Positions 19,869 through 24,000 of a stretch of DNA of 24,000 bases are shown here, one piece after another. A program made the position numbers and the translations under genes. Every line of letters starts with the position of its first letter. Within the stretch, counting starts at the first letter, position 1. The stretch lies in NCBI GenBank assembly GCA_040751955.1, contig JBFMFY010000009.1:49973-73972 (forward strand), in the 5' to 3' direction. Source of the stretch: Bacteroidota bacterium. Its GTDB lineage: Bacteria > Bacteroidota > Ignavibacteria > UBA10030 > UBA8401. Under the pieces are notes generated by a model. That model had not been told where the DNA came from. It was given only the letters and a program-made list of their open reading frames with translations, and searched no databases.

Positions 19869-20276
19869 GTGGCTAAACAACAAGCAGCTCCGACAACGGC
19901 AGCAGCGAAAAAGAAAAAGAAGATTCATGTTGATGTGAACGGCAAAGCGTTTGTCAAAGCGACGTTCAACAACGTGATCGTCACGATCACCGACACGTAC
20001 GGCAATACCATTTCATGGTCGTCCGCCGGGAAGAACGGCTTCAAAGGATCCCGCAAGAACACGCCGTTCGCCGCTCAGGTATCCGCCGAAGCAGCGGCAA
20101 AAGAAGCGTACGATCTCGGTCTTCGTAAAGTGGAAGTGTATGTAAAAGGTCCCGGCTCCGGTCGCGAAGCAGCGATCCGTTCGCTGCAGACCGCAGGGCT
20201 TGAAGTTACTATCATCCGAGACATTACGCCGATACCGCACAACGGATGCCGTCCGCCGAAACGACGAAGAGTGTAA
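19869..20276 (+). CDS. rpsK: 30S ribosomal protein S11
   Basis: 135 aa. [46 protein letters not shown]...[21 protein letters not shown] start at 19869. Confidence 0.96.
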   Translation: MAKQQAAPTTAAAKKKKKIHVDVNGKAFVKATFNNVIVTITDTYGNTISWSSAGKNGFKGSRKNTPFAAQVSAEAAAKEAYDLGLRKVEVYVKGPGSGREAAIRSLQTAGLEVTIIRDITPIPHNGCRPPKRRRV

Positions 20277-20304
20277 CATTTTAATTAAAGGAATGTAAAG
20301 AAGA

Positions 20305-20916
20305 ATGGCACGCAATACAGGATCAGTCGTAAAACAATCCCGTAAACTGGGAGTAGCGCTCAGCAATAAAGCGAGCAAATTCATGGAACGCCGCCCCTAC
20401 GGTCCGGGTCAACACGGAAAAGGGAAACGGCAGAAAGTGTCCGAATACGGATTGCAGCTGAAAGAGAAGCAGAAGATGAAATATATCTACGGCGTACTCG
20501 AGCGTCAGTTCCGGAACTATTTTGAAAAAGCGACGCACATGAAAGGTAAGACAGGCGATAACCTTGTGAAGCTCCTCGAAGGACGTCTCGACAATGTGAT
20601 CTACCGGATGGGGTTTGCACCGACACGCCGTTCTGCACGGCAGCTTGTTTCGCACGGTCATTTTAAAGTGAACACACAGAAAGTGAACATCCCGTCGTTC
20701 CACATTAAGTCCGGCGATGTCGTAACGGTGCGTGACAAAAGCAAACAACTTGATATCATTCATAACGCAATGAAGCGCGTGAAAGATACTTCGATGTACC
20801 CCTGGGTCAGTTTAGACAAAGCAGCGATGTCCGGTACATTCATCCGCGTTCCGGAACGCGAAGAAGTGCCGCTGCTGGCAAACGAGCAGCTCGTTGTAGA
20901 GTTGTACTCGAAATAA
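20305..20916 (+). CDS. rpsD: 30S ribosomal protein S4
   Basis: 203 aa. The central segment is EYGLQLKEKQKMKYIYGVLERQFRNYFEKA. An S4 RNA-binding domain follows: RLDNVIYRMGFAPTRRSARQLVSHGHFKVNTQKVNIPSFHIKSGDVV. Confidence 0.96.
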   Translation: MARNTGSVVKQSRKLGVALSNKASKFMERRPYGPGQHGKGKRQKVSEYGLQLKEKQKMKYIYGVLERQFRNYFEKATHMKGKTGDNLVKLLEGRLDNVIYRMGFAPTRRSARQLVSHGHFKVNTQKVNIPSFHIKSGDVVTVRDKSKQLDIIHNAMKRVKDTSMYPWVSLDKAAMSGTFIRVPEREEVPLLANEQLVVELYSK

Positions 20917-20950
20917 TTCATTGAATTTTTCACTTGGTGAGAACCAAACT

Positions 20951-21937
20951 ATGAGCAATACACAATTTCAAATGCCCGAAAGCGTTATCCTCGACGAATC
21001 GGTCGCAACGGCGACCTACGGCAAATTTATCGTCCAACCGTTGGAAAAAGGGTACGGCGTCACGATCGGAAATGCGCTTCGCCGCGTACTTCTCTCGTCG
21101 CTTCCCGGTTTCGCGATCACTGCATTGCGGATCGAAGGAATCGTCCATGAGTTTACGACATTGCCCGGCATCGTTGAAGATGTGTCGGACATGATTCTGA
21201 ACCTGAAGCAGGTGCGCTTGAAAGCAACCAACAAAAAAGTGGGCAAAGTCACCGTGCATCTGAAAGGTCCCGGAAAATTCACCGCCGATGATATACAGAA
21301 AGCAAGCCCTGAGGTCGAGATTCTGAATCCTGAACTGCAGATTGCAACGTTGAATAAGGATGCCGATTTCGAAATTGAATTGCGCATCGGACGCGGCAAA
21401 GGATATGTGACCGCTGAAGAGAACAAGATGCCCGATCAACCGGTCGGGATGATCACGATAGATTCTATCTTCACTCCCATCGTAAATGTGCGCTACAATG
21501 TCGAATCGACCCGTGTCGGACAACAGACCGACTATGAGCGGTTAACACTGGAAGTGGAAACAGATGGCTCCATTCTGCCGAAGGATGCTGTTGCGTACGC
21601 AGGAAGAGTGCTGCGCGACCATATTCAGTTCTTCATCAATTTTGATGCAACGCAAGAAACAGAGAAAGAAGAAACAGAACGCGACGAAGAGATCTCCCGC
21701 ATCCGCAAGATTCTCATTACGCCGGTGGACGAGCTCGAACTTTCAGTCCGTTCGCATAATTGCCTGCGCGCCGCGGATATTAAAACGCTCGGCGACCTTG
21801 TGCGCCGTGACGAATCGGAATTGCTGAAGTTCCGCAACTTCGGACGGAAGTCGCTGGCAGAATTGACGGCGATCGTCGAAGCAAACAATCTCACATTCGG
21901 AATGGATGTGGACAAATATTTGAAAGACAGCGATTAA
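20951..21937 (+). CDS. rpoA: DNA-directed RNA polymerase subunit alpha
   Basis: The ORF track starts at TTG 20921. ATG 20951, after GGTGAG (20936-20941), gives MSNTQFQMPESV...GYGVTIGNALRRVLLSSLPG. The C-terminal domain contains ELELSVRSHNCLRAADIKTLGDLV. The product is 328 aa. Confidence 0.95.
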   Translation: MSNTQFQMPESVILDESVATATYGKFIVQPLEKGYGVTIGNALRRVLLSSLPGFAITALRIEGIVHEFTTLPGIVEDVSDMILNLKQVRLKATNKKVGKVTVHLKGPGKFTADDIQKASPEVEILNPELQIATLNKDADFEIELRIGRGKGYVTAEENKMPDQPVGMITIDSIFTPIVNVRYNVESTRVGQQTDYERLTLEVETDGSILPKDAVAYAGRVLRDHIQFFINFDATQETEKEETERDEEISRIRKILITPVDELELSVRSHNCLRAADIKTLGDLVRRDESELLKFRNFGRKSLAELTAIVEANNLTFGMDVDKYLKDSD

Positions 21938-21949
21938 AAGGAACGATCA

Positions 21950-22471
21950 ATGATACACGCACGCAAAGGAAGAAAATTAAAACGAACGGCAAGTCACCGC
22001 AAAGCACTCTTGAGCGCTCTTTCGACGTCGCTGCTGCGCCATAAACGAATTAAGACGACGCTGGCAAAAGCGAAAGAGACCCGTATGGTGGTAGAAAAAT
22101 TAATCACACGGGCGAAGAATGCTGTTGCGAAAGAAGCGGATGGAGCAGTGAAGAATCTGCATGCACGCCGCGAGATTGCAAAATTCGTTCATGACAAAGA
22201 TGTCGTAAAAACTCTTTTCACCGAGATCGCTCCGAAAGTAGCGGCACGTCCGGGCGGTTACACACGCGTGATTAAACTGGGACAGCGCCTTGGCGACGGA
22301 GCGCAAGTGGCATTGATCGAACTGGTTGACTTCGGTTACCAGGCGGAGGAAGCGGCAACACCGGTGAAGAAGAAGCAGGATCGTCGCGCCCGCATCAATC
22401 AAAAGAAAAAAGCAAAAAAAGAATCTCCTGCAGAAACAAACGCTGGAGACGAAGCGGCAGAACAAAAATAA
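21950..22471 (+). CDS. rplQ: 50S ribosomal protein L17, with a Lys/Ala/Glu-rich C-terminal tail
   Basis: 173 aa. GRKLKRTASHRKALLSALSTSLLRHKRIKTTLAKAKETRMVVEKLITRAK...GGYTRVIKLGQRLGDGAQVALIELV, followed by a low-complexity tail of about 45 aa. Confidence 0.96.
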   Translation: MIHARKGRKLKRTASHRKALLSALSTSLLRHKRIKTTLAKAKETRMVVEKLITRAKNAVAKEADGAVKNLHARREIAKFVHDKDVVKTLFTEIAPKVAARPGGYTRVIKLGQRLGDGAQVALIELVDFGYQAEEAATPVKKKQDRRARINQKKKAKKESPAETNAGDEAAEQK

Positions 22472-22479
22472 TGTTTCCC

Positions 22480-22513
22480 GGGGATGGCACACTGCCGTCC
22501 CCCTCTTGTTCTT
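22480..22513 (+). terminator. Intrinsic terminator closing the ribosomal-protein gene block
   Basis: A 9-bp GC-rich stem, GGGGATGGC (22480-88) pairing with GCCGTCCCC (22494-22502) with one G-U pair, and a 5-nt loop. It is followed by the pyrimidine/T-rich CTCTTGTTCTT. It begins 9 nt after the rplQ stop. Confidence 0.65.
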
Positions 22514-22541
22514 GGAATAACTATCTAACGGTTATGTGCGT

Positions 22542-23174
22542 ATGAAAATTTCTATAGTTGATTTCGTCGTTGGCGTAGCAAACCTCAAACAACTTCCCAA
22601 AACTAATCTCCCTGAAATTATCTTTATAGGACGTTCGAACGTCGGCAAATCTTCGCTGCTGAATAAGTTGTGCAACAGGAAGAATATTGCACGCGTCAGC
22701 GCAACTCCCGGCAAGACACGGGAGTTGAATTATTACCTCATCAATAAAGAATTGTATTTCGTTGATCTTCCCGGGTACGGCTATGCCAAAGTTGCCGAAC
22801 ATGTGAAAGCGGGATGGACGCAGTTGATCGAAGAATTTTTTCATACCCGAAAACAAATCGCTCTTGCGATTCAGATCGTCGATGCCCGGTTAGGACCAAC
22901 CGAGCTCGACAACACCATGATGGGATGGCTCGACTTCTACAAAGTGCCGTTCCTGCTTGTCCTCACCAAAGCAGACAAGCTGCCGAAGAACAAACTGATT
23001 ACACAGATGAACTCCATCGGCGCTGAACTCGGGAAATACAAATTTCTTTCGGGGATTCAGCCGTTTTCCGCTGTCACCGGTGACGGACGCATTGATCTGT
23101 TGAAAACGATCGAGCGCCATATTGAAGAGAAAGATTCCCGCTCTTCAAAAATTGTCACGTCGGCTGTTGCTTAA
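22542..23174 (+). CDS. engB: Ribosome-biogenesis GTPase EngB/YsxC/YihA
   Basis: MKISIVDFVVGVANLKQLPKTNLPEIIFIGRSNVGKSSLLNKLCNRKNIARVSATPGKTRELNYYLINKELYFVDLPGYGYAKV, followed by TKADK (G4). From memory it aligns along its whole length with B. subtilis YsxC. ATG 22542 is preferred over the track's GTG 22536. Confidence 0.93.
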   Translation: MKISIVDFVVGVANLKQLPKTNLPEIIFIGRSNVGKSSLLNKLCNRKNIARVSATPGKTRELNYYLINKELYFVDLPGYGYAKVAEHVKAGWTQLIEEFFHTRKQIALAIQIVDARLGPTELDNTMMGWLDFYKVPFLLVLTKADKLPKNKLITQMNSIGAELGKYKFLSGIQPFSAVTGDGRIDLLKTIERHIEEKDSRSSKIVTSAVA

Positions 23175-23202
23175 TTGACAAACTAGTCCTAAACTGTACC
23201 AT
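23175..23202 (+). promoter_or_regulatory. Weak candidate promoter for the downstream aminotransferase gene
   Basis: TTGACA (23175-23180), a 16-nt spacer, then TACCAT (23197-23202, 4/6 match to TATAAT). It lies in the 89-nt engB-aminotransferase spacer. This is a motif match only. Confidence 0.3.
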
Positions 23203-23263
23203 ACAATCAGACCGATCCCCCGTTGTAATTCTACAATCCTTTTTTCCATAAGGAACATTCATC

Positions 23264-24000
23264 ATGAAGAAGAGACTCTTTACCCCCGGACCGACTCCGA
23301 TCCCGGAAACAGTTATGCTGAAGATGGCAGAGCCGATCATTCACCATCGCAATCCGGAGTTCAACGAAATCCTCACTCGCGTCAACAAGAACTTGAAATA
23401 CCTTTTCCAAACCGAGCAACCCGTTCTTACACTCACGTCATCCGGCACTGGCGGCGTTGAATCAACCTTTGTCAGTTTATTCTCACCCGGCGATACGATC
23501 ATCGCAAGCAATGGCGGCAAGTTCGGCGAGCGCTGGGTGAAAATGCCGAAAGCATTCGGCATGAATGCCGTTGAGATCAAAGTAGAATGGGGAAAAGCGC
23601 CGACCGCAGAACAGATTCTTGCAGCATTGAAAGCAAACCCGGCGGCAAAAGCTGTCTATCTTGTACACAGCGAAACATCCACCGGTGCGGCGACCGATGT
23701 GAAAACGTTGGCGAAAGTGATCCGCGAAAATTCGAATGCCCTTGTCTGTGTTGACGGCATCACTGCCGTCGGGGCGCATGAACTCCGTTTCGATGAATGG
23801 GGAATTGACGTCTGCGTAACCGGTTCGCAAAAAGGATTGATGATTCCGCCGGGACTTGCATTTGTTGCATTGAGCCAGCGAGCGATTGCTGCGATGGAAA
23901 CATCAAAGATGCCCCGCTTCTATTTCGATCTGAAGAAAGCATTAAAGTCATACCAGGACAACGATACGCCCTGGACACCTGCAGTCTCTCTCGTCATCGG
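23264..24000 (+). CDS. Class-V pyridoxal-phosphate aminotransferase (serine-pyruvate / alanine-glyoxylate aminotransferase family), 3'-truncated by the window edge
   Basis: Not in the ORF track because there is no stop codon in the window. My translation from ATG 23264 (AAGGAA Shine-Dalgarno at 23250-55) begins MKKRLFTPGPTPIPETVMLKMAEPIIHHRNPEFNEIL. It continues ...LTSSGTGGVES...YLVHSETSTGAATDV...VCVDGITAVGA...DVCVTGSQKGLMIPPGLAF. The N-terminal FTPGP[TV]P, the SETSTG motif and the SQK motif (PLP-lysine) are characteristic of this family. The exact substrate cannot be inferred. Confidence 0.85.
   Translation, partial: MKKRLFTPGPTPIPETVMLKMAEPIIHHRNPEFNEILTRVNKNLKYLFQTEQPVLTLTSSGTGGVESTFVSLFSPGDTIIASNGGKFGERWVKMPKAFGMNAVEIKVEWGKAPTAEQILAALKANPAAKAVYLVHSETSTGAATDVKTLAKVIRENSNALVCVDGITAVGAHELRFDEWGIDVCVTGSQKGLMIPPGLAFVALSQRAIAAMETSKMPRFYFDLKKALKSYQDNDTPWTPAVSLVI

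Noticed and set aside
20921-20950. The ORF track's upstream TTG start for rpoA. Similar over-extended starts occur for rpmC (11970), rpsQ (12204) and engB (22536).
   Set aside because: In each case a downstream ATG with a better-placed Shine-Dalgarno gives the conserved N-terminus. The extensions either abut or overlap the preceding gene.
23222-23246. Short AT-rich hairpin (TTGTA-ATTC-TACAA) followed by T6 after engB, considered as the engB terminator.
   Set aside because: The stem is only 5 bp of mostly A-T pairs, so its predicted stability is marginal. It also lies downstream of the candidate promoter at 23175-23202, which makes the two calls mutually awkward. I left it uncalled.
1-24000. 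Possibility that the window hides a novel defence, toxin, mobile or other accessory system.
   Set aside because: Almost every base is accounted for by universally conserved, co-directional translation and transcription genes, with short spacers of 132 nt or less. No unassigned ORF sits in an intergenic gap. I saw no repeats, integrase or transposase genes, CRISPR-like periodicity or compositional shift. Claiming a new system here would be invention.

Overview
This window is almost entirely one co-directional (+ strand) block of core translation and transcription genes. It holds the 3' two-thirds of rpoC, then the str cluster (rpsL-rpsG-fusA-tuf), the S10 cluster (rpsJ-rplC-rplD-rplW-rplB-rpsS-rplV-rpsC-rplP-rpmC-rpsQ) and the spc cluster (rplN-rplX-rplE-rpsN-rpsH-rplF-rplR-rpsE-rpmD-rplO-secY). 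These are followed by map-infA-rpmJ and the alpha cluster (rpsM-rpsK-rpsD-rpoA-rplQ). A hairpin terminator closes the block. After it come the GTPase gene engB/ysxC and the 5' part of a class-V (AGXT/serine-pyruvate type) aminotransferase that runs off the 3' edge. Two genes are absent from the supplied ORF track: rpmJ (38 aa, below the size cutoff) and the edge-truncated aminotransferase. Five ORF-track starts look too long and were trimmed (rplC, rpmC, rpsQ, rpoA, engB). Protein sequences and gene order (tuf retained between fusA and rpsJ, no adk, TTGACA/TATATT-type promoter) suggest a Gram-negative FCB-group-like organism (Chlorobi/Ignavibacteria-like). I cannot confirm that without a database search. 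I see no mobile elements, CRISPR arrays, defence or toxin genes, long repeats or compositional breaks, and nothing I can defend as a new multi-gene system. This is an ordinary, highly conserved housekeeping locus. The one unusual feature is a well-formed tRNA-Gln(UUG) gene inside the spc operon, in a 132-nt spacer between rplR (L18) and rpsE (S5). Lesser observations are structured intercistronic spacers (rpsG-fusA, tuf-rpsJ, rplB-rpsS, rplX-rplE), lysine-rich extensions on L5, L17 and beta-prime, and eight non-ATG starts.
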